Below are positions 1 to 12,025 of a stretch of DNA of 64,000 nt, piece by piece. Made by a program: the position numbers and the translations under genes. The first letter of the stretch is position 1. Each line of letters opens with the position of its first letter. The notes below the pieces were generated by a model, which saw only the letters and a program-made list of their open reading frames with translations, had not been told where the DNA came from and did no database searches. Location of the stretch: assembly GCF_018350175.1 (NCBI RefSeq), contig NC_058368.1, positions 77,378,001 through 77,442,000 of the forward strand, written 5' to 3'. The DNA comes from Felis catus. Its lineage: Eukaryota.

Positions 1-341
1 ACACACAGTCCGCTCGGCCCCACCCACGGGGACACTGCAGGCACCAGCTAATGGTGGGGCCCTGTGTGGCTCGTGTTTGCTGCAGTGATCATGGTGGGTG
101 GGAGCTAACCTCAGCTTCCAGGGCACTGTCACTGTGGACACCGAAATGGCATAACTGAGTTAAGATGAGTAAGTGACAAATAAAGCCAACTTTTTACAAA
201 CAAACAAAGGAGGGCCTCACATTCAGACTCTAAATGAGATAATGCGTTCATTAATGGTGTGTGTGAAAATATTATTAATGAGTATAAAAGGAAGCTTCAA
301 AATGTTACAACTTTTATGATCTTGCTTAAGCATTTCCTCAT

Positions 342-543
342 TTAAAAAATTTTTTTTAATGTTTTATTTAGCTTTGAGGGAGAGTGGGAGCAGGGAAGGG
401 AAGAGACAGAGGGGTACAGATGATCCAAAGGGGGCTCTGAGCTGTCAGCACAGAGTCTGATGCAGGGCTCAAACTCACAAGCTGTGAGATCATGACCTGA
501 GCTGAAGTTGGATGCTTAACTGACTGAGCCACACAGGCACCCC
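342..543 (-). mobile_element. Can-SINE (SINEC)
   Basis: Reverse-complement tRNA-derived head (gagccacacaggcacccc), GA-rich segment and T-rich tail; degenerate TSD tcctcattt. Confidence 0.9.
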
Positions 544-904
544 TGGCGTCTCCTCATTTTTAAATGTAAGTGGCCCTTGCTTTGCTAACTGTCTAAGAGG
601 CTGGCATCAGCCATTTCTCAAGTGCTTTTGAACTCTCTTCTTTCTCCAACTGCTACAAACCCTCACTTACGCCATCTATTTTTAAGGAGACAGAGATACA
701 CCCCTTGTCAGCGGTTCCTCTTGAACCATATGTCCATAGAACAGTACAATCAGATACCACACATTCAAGTACAAGTAGTGAGGTCTGGTTCAACACCCAC
801 ACTTTAATATTTTTAAATAATTACATATGAATATATTATATGTAAAAGATTTATATGTGTTGTGTATAATGTCTAGAATCATTGTTATTATCTTACCTAT
901 CTAG

Positions 905-2110
905 TCATTTATCAAATACTACTGCACTTTTGCTCTGTGATAAGTATCATGTTAATTTTTAGAGATGGAAAAGAAAATGACAAATGAAATTCAGGAGTGT
1001 GAAATGCAATGAAAAAGGTACGTATGAGAAACATATGATCGTATAGTATGGGCATCACAAGTAGATGAATATACACAATGATATACAGATACAGAGGGGA
1101 GCCAAGTTTCTGCCTTCAGTCAGGGAGGCTCCACGGGGAGAGTGATTTGAACTGAGCCCACAGCAGGAGTTTCCCCAGCAAAGAATGTTGTGAATGGCAA
1201 TCGTGAGGCACTCATGGCTTGTAAGGTGGCCGAAGAAATCAACAAGTTTGTGTGGAGACACAGTACGTGGTGACAAGCAGAAGCAAATGTCAGAAAAAGG
1301 GTAGACTGTTGCTGAGTTGAAGGTCCTTGTTGCACTGAGTTTACATTTTATATTCTGGAAAGCCGACAGAATATTATAAGCTTTGGAGTTGCTTGATCAC
1401 CCCCTTTGGGAAAGATTATGTTGACAGTGATATGATAAAGGGATTGAACTATGCATGTTTGGAAGTCGGGACTAAACTATGGTCAGTAAATCCTGATGGA
1501 AACTGTTTTAATACTTTGAAGAAAACATACCAGCATCACATAGTGTTAACGTAAAGGGAGAACCGTGCCAAAACCTTACAATGGATACCATTTGGTTATT
1601 ATTGAGAAGTCAGAGTTGCAAGTTTCCGAATTTAGAAAGCTAGATGACAACGAGGTTATTAGTTGAGGCCCAGAATATAGAAGGAAGAGCATGATTTAGG
1701 AGGAAGAGAATACCTTCCATTCTGTACCAGTGGTTCCACATATTGTAGTTAGATATTGAGATCTAAATGGCAGAAGGGAGTAGGGCAAGTAATTTGGTAT
1801 TCAGATAGATGGTATTTCCCAACACAAACAGAGTGAGGCTATGCTGGGCAGTGGAAGAGGATCCAGGTTCAAAATGTGTCATGATAGACCCATGTTTTGA
1901 AGAAGGAAAAACTACAAGGGCCTGGGAGATGGAGAAATATACAGATGCAATGAAAGCACTAAGCAGCCAGCAGCAGAGAAAGTATTAAGTGGGAACTTCT
2001 AGAAAGGAGAATGCAGAAAATAATAGAATCATAATCACGGTGGAGAGGTATAATGAAAATTAAGGAGCAGGTACAAACCTGTGATTTTAATTTTTAGGGT
2101 CACTGAGAAT
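905..2110 (-). mobile_element. L2 LINE remnant
   Basis: L2-like motifs such as agtcagggaggctcc...gtgatttgaactgag in a purine-rich plus strand; highly diverged, boundaries approximate. Confidence 0.55.
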
Positions 2111-2359
2111 ATGGTCTCTTTATGGTCCTTGTCTTATTTGTTCTCTGATAATTTGGCTTTCTCCAGGCTCCCTTTCCTGTGCGTCTTCATATTATTCCCA
2201 CCCCCTTCCTAGTACTTAAGAAACTTGAATGAGTCATTGTTCTTTTCAATTAAAAGAGGCTAGCCTTTATACTGCATGTGGGAGAATAAGCTGATATAAG
2301 AAAAAAAAAAAGCTTTGCATGAATATGTAACTATGTAAGTTATTGTAACTGTATGTACA

Positions 2360-2700
2360 TATGGATCCAGGAATTCCAGAGGAAATAATCAGAGATGTGC
2401 AAAAGATTTGCCTATAAGGATGGATATTGATGAGAGCGTTGCTTTCATTAACACAAATCTGGGAAATATCTAACTATATACAATAAGGCTAAATACTTTA
2501 ACATGCATGTACCATGTGGGAAGGAAGGTTACATTATGACATAATATGGTATTAGGCAAAATTAAAAAGGTTTCAAAACTGTGTGTATTGTAAGATTCAA
2601 TTAAAAATACTGATCTATTCCTAGAGGCAGGCTGAGCCACACCAAATGTAAAGCACATGGGTTATCCTATGAGGTTGGGACCTTTTCTTACTTATATACT
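2360..2700 (+). mobile_element. old L1 (L1M-type) ORF2 3' end / 3' UTR fragment
   Basis: ggaaataatcagagatgtgcaaaagatttgcctataaggatg...tctgggaaatatctaa resembles the end of L1 ORF2. Confidence 0.55.
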
Positions 2701-3706
2701 CTAAAATAATGATTGTGCATCAAGGTTTTAGTGAGAGAATCATGAAGCAAAATCTAAAATGAAATGCAGAAAGGCAAAGACGGAGCTCATTGATGCCATG
2801 GCTGAGAGGGCTCAGGAGGGGAGGGGATCTATGTTGCCTGATTAAAAATCGTAGCTTAGGGGGAGGACAGAATGGTTCCATCATATCCTGCCTTTAAACC
2901 CATCACTCTGCACTATATATTTCTTTCTGTTTACTTGTCTTTTCCAAGCAGCTTTCAAGTCTATGGGAGCAGAGGTATTTTTCATGGAGAGTTCCTGGAA
3001 CAGTGTCTGACGTAAACCGGCAAATCACCAGATACTTGATGGAAAGATGAATAAAGAGGGTTACTCTAGGAGAAGAGCAGTGATACTTCTCCTTGACCAG
3101 AGAGAAAGAGATAGGAATCGGTCTGAAATTGATTTATGCAAGTAGAAGGGGTATTTCTCCAGGGGGAACCTTACATTCTTGTGGGTAGACATAAAGGTCA
3201 TGTGCTGGGATGAGGGTGCTGGGGGATGGAGACAAAAGTGAAGGATAATCACCTTGAGTCAGGGTCCAGGATGCCAGTGGCTTTAAGGGACAGCGAGATG
3301 TCCTCCTGACCTGTGTGACTACTTGGGAAGGCGGGTCTGTGGGAGGGGTCAGGGGGTGATTTTGGCTTTGCTCTGATGAGAATACATCTACAGAGTTTGC
3401 GTATCCTACAGAAGTTTGTGCTATGACCACCCTGTGTGTCCTGAGATGGAAAAATCCTTGAGCAAAGGGTGTTTCTTAGGAAGTGTCTAAGAGGGATATA
3501 GTCTGTCACTCATTTACATGTCTCCTTACTCACTTGGCAAGCGGCCCCTCTTGCATGTTACTTACATTCTTCCCTCTCCTGACATTGGCATTCACCTTTG
3601 TGTGTGTGCTCAGTTACTTGGAATTTGGAGCCCCTGGGTGTGTACACCTTTCTTTTTCAAAATAGGATCACATTAATTGTGACAGCTGGTTTGTTTGTGA
3701 ATGTGG

Positions 3707-4152
3707 CTGTATTTGTTTTCCTGGGGCTACTATGATAAAACGCTACAAACTGAGTGGCTTAAAATGTCAGAAATGTTTGCCTCACAGTTCTGGAGAGTAA
3801 AAAATATGAAATCAAGCTGTCAGCAGGGCCATGGTCCCTTGAGACTCTGGGCAGAATTCTTCCTGCCTCTTCTTAGCTGCTGGAAGTTTGCCAGCAATCT
3901 TTGGCATTCCTTGGCTTGTAGAAGCCTCACCCTGATCCCTGTCTTCATCTTTACATGGCGTTCTCCTTGTGTGCTTGTCTGTCTCTATTTCTGAACTGTT
4001 TTGATAAGGTCAATGGTCATTTGGGGTTAAGGGGCACCCTAATAACCTCACTTTACACTTCCATAAAAAAACCCTCTCTCCAAATAAGGTCATATTCTGA
4101 AGTATTAGGGGTTAGGACTCCAACATACATTTTTGGGGGGTACACAATTCAA
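3707..4152 (-). mobile_element. MaLR solo LTR (MLT1C/D-like)
   Basis: tcacagttctggag, ccaaataaggtcatattctgaagtattaggggttaggactccaacata and cacaattcaa match the reverse complement of the MLT1 LTR consensus. Confidence 0.85.
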
Positions 4153-6025
4153 GGGCATTCAAGGCCCTTGGGTTGGTTCAAGTATTTTTGAGTTTCTCCC
4201 AGTCTTGCATGAAAGGATTCTAAGAATCTAGTAGAACCTTCGCTTTCTAACCGTGGGAATGCATCCTAGGCAGTAAACCCTGCGTGGCTTTCTGTTCTGT
4301 CACTGGTCAGAAGGTTCATGGTCACCTGATTCTAGGTGATCTTGTGAGGCCTCCTCCAACCTGACTCTGGTTGGTCGTGTGAAACCTGCCACGGTAACAC
4401 TGCCATGTTTGCCCAAGATGTATCCTTAATGGAGCATTTTTCAGATCACCAAAAGGAAAGAGGCAGAACCCCACAGCTCCCATTACAGGTGGTTGTCCAT
4501 TTTGTTTGCCATCAACTGTCTACAAGTATGGCTGCATTTTGCTGAAATCAATGACCCTCCTAACGAAGGTGACCATAAGACCCGATTTGCCAGCACAGTC
4601 TCGGTTTATGCCTGTTGTCCACGTATAATTACTAAAGCTTTCCACTTCTGGTCCCAGGGGGGATCTGATTTGGTAGCAAGGTTGGGGAGACGTCTCTAAC
4701 ACCCACCTACCTTTACGGCCTTGGCAGAACATGATGCTTGTGAATTAATTCTCCAGCTGTCTTAAGTGAAGGTATAACAGGGTACCCCGTAGGATTCTGG
4801 TGGAGGGAACCCCAAACGAGCATATTGGAGCAGCAGCGGAACAACCCTGCATCCTCATTAGCTATGGAGAGAGAGCAATAGCCCGCTTTGAAGGGAAACT
4901 GGTGCTTGAATGAGTAGCTGTATGTACAATGCTGTCTTGATGCCTAAAGGACCTTTCTCCACATTACAGGGCTTAATAGCTACTCTAATCTCTACCAGCG
5001 GGCTCCTTGTAATGACAGATACCCGACAGATACCATGTCTCAAGGCTTCAAGCCAAGTTCAGTGTAATATGGTAAATTTTTGATGGCTCTGATTCCCATA
5101 TTTGCTGGTGTCATTTGTGTCCGTTACGGCAGTCTTAAGAAAGTAATTTGAATTATCCTAAATAAATGATGTACAATGATATTGAATCAAAATGGAAAGA
5201 CCTCATTATCTTTGGCCAACTTTCAGATTGATCAACCCAGACATCAGCTTAACCCGCTGTAGGTTCACTCGCTGATGAGATGCCTTCAACTCACCCTGCC
5301 CCTCAAGGTAGGTGTTCACAGCATTTGTGCCAATTTAGTTATAATTAATATTTACATGGCCTTTAATACTTCATAGGGTAAAGAACTACCCGATTTCTTT
5401 TATCGCTATTGAAAGCTTAACGTCCTTTAGTTTCTTGATTGACATGTGGTAGGCATCCAATGTTTGCCAGACTGACTTTAGGCCTGAGCTTCCATTCATC
5501 CACATTTAGGATAAATGCTGGTATTCCATTAGCCTCCTAAGTAGTCAACACCTCGTACGAATTGAACGTCGGGCTCTTAGAGGCTACCCACTCTTAGGCG
5601 GGTTCACACATTAGATTACCTCATGTGTTTCCTGTGAACTGTCAACTGTGTCTGAATTCTGTGTGCGTAACCTCGGAGCTGGCCAGTGGCCTAGGATAAA
5701 AGCTACCACCAACTTAGCACTTCAAACGTTGCTATCTTCTCCCAGTTTTCATGGGTGTGAAGTACTAACAAGATGTTGTGGGTCCTCATTCCGGGTTCTC
5801 ATCAAGGTGCGGATTCAGGTGCCGGCTGGGTCTGTGGTCTCATCCGAGGCTGGTATCTCTGCCCCAGCTCGCAGGTGTTGTTGGCAGAATTCTGTTCTCT
5901 GTGGTCGTGGGCCTGCGGGCCTCAGCTCCTGGAGGCGGGCTGCCGCTCTCTGCCACATGGCCCTCTCCACATCATGGCTGTTTCCTTCTTCAAGGCCAGA
6001 AGGTGGGCGTTTGCTGCTGATGCTC

Positions 6026-6178
6026 TGATGTTTGTGGTCCATGGATTTGGGCCCTGTGTCAGGCTCTGTGTTGACAGTGTGGAGCCTGCCTGGGATTCTC
6101 TCTCTCCCTTTGTCACTGCCCCTCCCTTGCTCGCTCTCTCTCTCAATCTCTCTCATAAACGAATAAATATTAAAAAAT
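6026..6178 (+). mobile_element. 5'-truncated Can-SINE
   Basis: Starts mid-body (gtggtccatggatttgggccctgtgtcaggctctg), then CT tract and aataaa/A tail. Confidence 0.85.
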
Positions 6179-6183
6179 TTTGG

Positions 6184-6395
6184 GGGGCGCCTGGGTGGCT
6201 CAGTCGGTTGAGCATCCAACTTCGGCTCAAGTCATGATCTTTCAGAGTTTAAACCCCACGTCGGGCTCTGTGCTGACAGCTCGAAGCTTGGAGCCTGCTT
6301 CAGATTCTGTGTCTCCCTCTCTCTCTGCCCCTCCCCTGCTCATGCTCTGTGTCTCTCTGTCTCTCAAAAATAAATAAATGTTGAAAAAAAATTTT
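6184..6395 (+). mobile_element. Can-SINE (SINEC_Fc type) inserted at the tail of the preceding SINE
   Basis: ggggcgcctgggtggctcagtcggttgagc head, CT tract, aaaaataaataaa tail. Confidence 0.95.
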
Positions 6396-6689
6396 TTTAA
6401 ATTTTTTTCAAGTGCTTCCCTGATTGGTCAGATGCATTCAGATTAATCTCTCCTTTGATTAACTTGAAGTCAACTGATTGGAGACCTTAATGACACCTGC
6501 AAATCTCTTTCCCTTTGGCACATGTTCAGAGGTCTTACCCATGCCCAAAGGGATCTGTTGTAGAGAATGTGTACACGACGGGGCAGGGATCGCAGGGGCC
6601 ATCGTAAACATGACATCCCCTGTGCCACCGAAGAGAGACAAAACTTTTGTACACGTCTGCACATTGTGCACTGTGTTACCTCCACCCGT

Positions 6690-6780
6690 GCCCAGATCGT
6701 GAGGATTAAGTGACACAGAACATTCATTCATCAAAGCACCTAGCAACACGGTCCGGCTCCGAGTGACTTGTTGAAAAGAG
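6690..6780 (+). mobile_element. MIR 3' fragment
   Basis: gtgaggattaagtga...aaagcacctagca matches the MIR 3' consensus (gtgaggattaaatgag...aaagcgcttagca). Confidence 0.55.
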
Positions 6781-7298
6781 CCACACCGAACCTACCAGAG
6801 GCTTAGTATTGCTTCACATTCCTGCTGCAGCAGAATGTAACATATTTTAAGTGCCTTCCACTCTTCCTCCCAGGGTGTCCAGGGAGACGGATGCCTACAT
6901 GGGGGAAGAAAAAGTGCCTGCATTCCTGTAGACTCCAACAGCATTCCAGTCTCTATTGGTGTGGGTAAAATATAACAACGTAATATTCGGGGGTTGAGGG
7001 GGACATTTGGACATCGTATCCCAAACATATAACAACTAGTAAGGTACCAGAAACTTCCAGTAAGGACAGCCCAGATTGCTAGGTGGAGCTGGACCTAAAG
7101 ACTCTTTGTGGGGCCAGACATTAACTCTTCAGTTACTGGATAATGATGAGGTTCCATCATCTAAGGTGGGGCCCAGGGCTTATGAGTAGTTTATTTACCT
7201 AAAGTTGTAGAGATGTTTGGATATTTTATCGGTCGGTATGCAAGACATGCATACGGGCTAGAGATTGGCCCCGTTTGTAGTTTAAGAATATTTACCTC

Positions 7299-7540
7299 CA
7301 GGCACCTGGGTAGCTCAGTCGGTTAAGCATCTGACTCTTGACTTCAGCTCAGGTCCTGATCTCGTAGTTCGTGGGTTCGAGCCCCGCGTCGGGCTCTGTG
7401 TTGACAGCCCAGAGCCTGCTTCAGATTCTGTCTGTCTGTCTGTCTCTCTCTGTCCCTCCCCTGCTTGTGTTCTGTCTCTCTCTCTCTCAAACATAACAAA
7501 AATAAACATTAAAAAATAAGCAAAATAAAAAATAAAAAAA
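7299..7540 (+). mobile_element. Can-SINE
   Basis: Full element with a perfect 15-bp TSD AAGAATATTTACCTC (7284-7298 and 7541-7555). Confidence 0.95.
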
Positions 7541-10367
7541 AAGAATATTTACCTCGCAAGAGAATTCTCAGGAGAGGCAACTTGTTAAAACCATTTTCAG
7601 GGCTAGTGATTAAACCATGAGGTTCTGGGGGAAAGGTTGTCTTATGCAAATGCCTTGATGTGGTCCAGGTCTTTACGGTGGGGAAGAGAGAAAGACTTGC
7701 AGAGAATAAAAGGGGGCCGTTCCGGAGTCCAGGTAGCTCGTCTCCCGTGGGCCTTGTTCTGCCTCCAGGAAAACCTCTAACATCTGTTACACGCATCACT
7801 TACATTGCCACAGAGCCCCGGTACCGCTCTCGCATACACGCGACCACGGGAAACTGGCTTTATTAATTAGAGTGCTTGCCCATTGGAACTATTTGCTCCC
7901 ATTCATAATTCATCGACATCCTTGCTAAATAAATATTGGGGCATTCACTCATCCCAAGCAATTATCTAAAAGAAGCTACATCCATCACAAGGGTTCATAA
8001 ACTGGGAGACTAGAGTATGAAACATTCTGATTAAAGGAAGCCTACTTTGAATGGCAGGTGTGCCCATTCTCATCCATATGCGCTAAGTACTTACCAATAC
8101 TGGAAATGAGGTGCCAGCTGGGACGACACATTGGGACACAGCAGCAGGCCCTCCCTGGCGGAACGCAGCTGGCACGGTGGTACATTCAGAAGCTCCTGTC
8201 ACCTGAGATCAGTGAACAGCAGAGGTTCTGGGTGTCCGCACTGAGGCGCTTTCATTCTTCCCCTTGCGCCTTGGGGGAGAACAAGCCTGGGGTCCTGGCA
8301 GCGTGCCTGGGCGACTCAGCCCTCTTGTCTTTGTCATAGATGGATACCAGGGTTCCACGAACCGCTCCCACGACTTGGGCACCCAGCAGCCACGCTGGCC
8401 CGCTCTCAACACTCACTGAAAGTCAGGCAAGGTTGAAAATCAGGCTCAGCACGTATTCCAGAATATCAGAGATCAGAGGGTCTGCACGGGAGATTTCTGC
8501 CTCCTTCCAGCTCTCAGAGCCTTGAAGGAAACCTTTGCACCAGCCTGGCCCTCTTCCTTCTTTCTGCTCTGAATGGCATGTCGTTAGGGCTTCTTCTAGG
8601 GCTTGAGTTGGCCCCTGAGCTACATCAATTATGCATGGAAACAGGCAGTTTCTTGCCCTTCTTTTGCTCTTGCAGGGTTACAACAGCCTTCCACGTGAGG
8701 TCCGTGCCTTCTTGGGTATTGTAACAAGATCCTCCTGTTGACTTGATGTAGAGGCTCGGGCAGCTGTCCAAATGGCTTCTCTGTACAATCTCCTTCCTGC
8801 TTTTATCCCTATGAAAATGGCCTCCTTATCATTATCCTCGAAAATATTATTGATTCTGGTACAGGTCTATGCACAAATATCCATGCCACAGTCGGTCCTG
8901 GAAACTGTTTTAGAAACCTCAGCTTCCCGCCGAACTGTTGCCTTCTCTGGTTCCACCATTTACTAACGGATTGATACAACCTCCATAATTAAGTCCTGAT
9001 GTTCCGGAACACGTTGCTCCTCCCCACTGCCTGATATTGTACCGTACATTGAGGGGGCTGGGGGAAGATGAGGAATGAAACATTCCATATTCTTAAACAT
9101 CAAATAAAAAACTCAAGTTTGTTTCTAACATTTCACAGGACCCTCTCACTAAAAGCAAGTTACTTTCCATTTCCTGGTTTGAGCAAAGTGGTTTTGAGCC
9201 TCTGGGGCCAGCTCTTGAGGAGGCGTGGGACGATCGCTGCTTGAGAAGTTCGTGACAATGAATGTTGATAATGAGGGTTTGAAAAGTCAGCACCGTTCTA
9301 ACGAACTTGTGTGAAGGGTTTTTCAGAATAGAGGCTGACACGCAGGCACCAGGTGCCGGCCATTACTAGTCTGTTACTGGCTCCATATTGGAAGGCCCGC
9401 GTCATTTGGCTTCCCACCTTGAACAGCAAAATAATACGGTCTGCTGGCCGCCTGCTTGTCACGATGGATGGTGGAACACTTGCTTGGCCCTTGGAAATTT
9501 TGTGTAAGATTCATTCTAAGGATTGAGCGGCTTTATGTGTTTTATTTGTTTAAAAGGGCACAGAATTGGAACATCGCTTCTGGGAGTGTGCTTACCAGTC
9601 GAGCACAGCAGCAAATTGTCAGTCACAATTAATGTCAGTGAAGGAACAATTACTGAATCTTTTCTGATGCACTGTGTCGCGTGACACAGCAGCGTCGCAC
9701 GGCTAAATGACAAAACAGCAGGTCGCTGTCGTAAAGTGAAGGGTGCGCTGTTACTCTCCATTCTGAGAGCAGCTATCGCCTCCTCAGGAGGCTTTTTTCT
9801 GGAGAAAATAACAAGTCAAGCCCGTGTGAGGGTCTCTGTCCGTCTTCAGAATTTCCAACAGCCTCTTCCAAAGAAAGAAATATAGCATTCATATCAGCAA
9901 TGGTTTCTTTTTTTGCGAAATGTGTATTTTGAGAAAGGGCGTCTTTCAGATTCCAGAAGATGGCCTACTGCTTTGTGATGAGTCATCGCGAGGTGTCAAT
10001 TGCCTGCATAGCATGATTCAAAGTAATGTCAGCAAAATAAAATTATTATAATGATAACACCTTGAACTCATATAACATTTAGAGACGGTCATATAATCAC
10101 ATTTACTCGTAAAGCCTCTGAAAGTCAGTGGGATGCTATATTCCAAAAGACAGTAATACAAAGAAACGCTATGTAATTCTAAAGTTGGCAATAAGTTGAA
10201 GGTAGACTCATACTTCCTATCTCCTACGAAATGACTCTCCGTCAATAATTGTTTACAAAATACTGGTGTGGAAAAAAATGATGTGTTTTTTCTAGTCAGG
10301 AAGTTGTTCCTTCCTCCTCTTTCTTTCCTCCATTCTTTCTCTGCCTTCCGTGAACATCTGCTGCAGT

Positions 10368-10435
10368 TATTTATTCATTCAACAAGTATTTATTGAACAC
10401 CTACTGCATGCCTTACATTGTACCAGGTCCTGGGG
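10368..10435 (-). mobile_element. L2 3' end, apparent host of the RPL29 insertion
   Basis: ttcattcaacaagtatttattgaacacctactg...ccagg is the typical L2 terminus in reverse orientation. Confidence 0.7.
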
Positions 10436-10442
10436 AAAATTT

Positions 10443-11003
10443 CCTCTTTCTCTTCTGGTCCCAGACACGTTGGGAGCCACCAGCTTCGGTGCCGACACAA
10501 TCAAGTCCAAGAACCACACTGCGTGCAACTAGTCATGAAAATGGCACAGAAATGGCACCAAGAAACCTCATCACAAAGATAATAAATCTCCAAAGAGGGT
10601 GAACTCCACGTTCCTGAGGAACATGTGCTTTACCAAGAATGCAAGAAGGGCCCAAACAAGATGTAGGCAGGCACAGCCCAGGCCATCAGGACCATCTTCA
10701 AGCCCAACGAGATCAAGCCCAAGATCCCAAAGGGTGGCAGCTGAAAGCTTAATCGACTTGCTTACATGACTCATCCCAAGCTCAGGAAACGTGCCCATGC
10801 CCGTCTTGCCAAGGGTCTCAGGCTCCGTTGGCCAGAGGCCAAGGCCAAGTCTCAAACCAAGTCCCGGGCTGTAGCTCCAGCTCCAGCTCAGGCTGCCAGA
10901 GATGCCCAGGGCCCTACGAAGGCTCTGGTGTAGAAACTTAAGTAGGCTGATATGAGGACAGAAGGACTGGTGTGACCCTGAGATCTGTCAAAGAAGAAAA
11001 AAT
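10443..11003 (+). pseudogene. RPL29: processed pseudogene of 60S ribosomal protein L29 (eL29)
   Basis: Intronless. 5' pyrimidine (TOP) tract at 10443. Translates as KSKNHTACN*S*KWHRNGTKKP...FLRNMCF...[41 protein letters not shown], matching RPL29 ([24 protein letters not shown]...KPKIPKG...AHPKLGKRARARIAKGLRL). Start codon lost, several stops and frameshifts, A-rich 3' end. Confidence 0.95.
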
Positions 11004-11048
11004 AGAGGAAAAAATTTCTACATCAATGAGGTGGTATCACAGGGGAGA

Positions 11049-11076
11049 TCTATCTATCTATCTATCCATCTATCTC
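11049..11076 (+). repeat. (TATC)n microsatellite
   Basis: atctatctatctatctatccatctatct. Confidence 0.8.
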
Positions 11077-11379
11077 TATGTAGAGAGAATATTAGATGTT
11101 AACAATTGCCATTGAAAAAAGAAGAAGCAGGAAAAGGGGTAAGGAGGCCAAGGTGGGAATAATTAATAATGTGATAACTGTAAAATAGGCTATTGGCAGA
11201 GGGACCCCTCAGACCATGAAGCCAGGCACAGGGATGGCCACAGTATGAAGACGGCATGTTGGGCAGGTCTTTGCTGTGGAGCAGGCATGGTCCAGGGTGG
11301 GAGAGGCATAAGGGAGAATGGCTGGCATGTTAATGGATGAGCATGGCAGACACACACCGTGGATTTGCTCTCTGGAAAG

Positions 11380-11800
11380 CCTATACAACCCCTTCCCCTT
11401 CAGCCTTCTTCTGCCGTAATGGCTGGGGAAGTCCAATCCTTACTATTTCTGCCTTCTTGCAATTGGGATAGTCACATGGCCCAGTTCTGGCCAGCAGGGG
11501 GCAAGCAGAAGTCCCTGAAGAAGGCTTCCCTTTCCAAAGAAGAAGACAAATGTAGTTGGAGAACGTCCACCACCCTTCCCCACCTGCCCCCCAGAACATC
11601 GGTGTGGTGCCTGGAGACTCCACAGGGAACTTGCCATCTTGAAGATGAGAAACAGAGGTCCTAGGAGAAGGGAGGGGAGAGATGTCACGTCCCGATGACA
11701 CTGCGTGCAGCTTCCCACCCTGGACCACAGATTCCATATTTCTATGGGAGAAAAATAACTCCCTATTAGGAAAAAAATAAGGTGTTAATTTCACGGCTAT
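11380..11800 (+). mobile_element. old ERVL/MaLR-class LTR (LTR16/MLT1-like)
   Basis: gtcacatggcccagttctggcc...gcagaagtc, gccatcttg and gggagaaaaataa motifs typical of these LTRs; subfamily uncertain. Confidence 0.6.
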
Positions 11801-12025
11801 TCATTAGCAATGGCCTGAACAAACCAGGATCTTTTCTACTGCAGTGAAAGCCTTAGCCAGGATCTCAGCAAGAGGGGGTCAGGAGAAGCTAGTCTTCCCA
11901 GACAGGATGACGTGGGAGCTGGGTCCCTGAAATAGAAAAGACTTTTCTACATGCAGAACCAGGGACCCTGGTGGGTCATGTCTCCATCTGGTGACCGACA
12001 CCATCCTTGTATCACTCTGACAGAG

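Larger units (their letters stand above)
5690..6610 (-). mobile_element. MaLR LTR (MLT1 family) interrupted by two Can-SINEs
   Basis: MLT1-like motifs on both sides of the SINE pair (gttggcagaattctgttc, tgccacatggccc, taatctctcctttgattaacttgaagtcaactgatt). Confidence 0.65.

Noticed and set aside
6184..6270. tRNA-like A/B box sequences
   Set aside because: These are heads of tRNA-derived Can-SINEs, each followed by a CT tract and A tail, not tRNA genes.
5648..6377. Cluster of long overlapping ORFs; similar MAQSV...SLEPASDSVSPSLS peptides recur across the window
   Set aside because: These are translations of Can-SINE and MLT1 LTR sequence, not genes.
6741..6792. Superficial resemblance to an sgRNA/tracrRNA scaffold (tagcaa...gtccg...acttgttgaaaagagccacaccga)
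   Set aside because: Identity is patchy, the preceding sequence is a MIR 3' end, and the context is mammalian with no CRISPR components.
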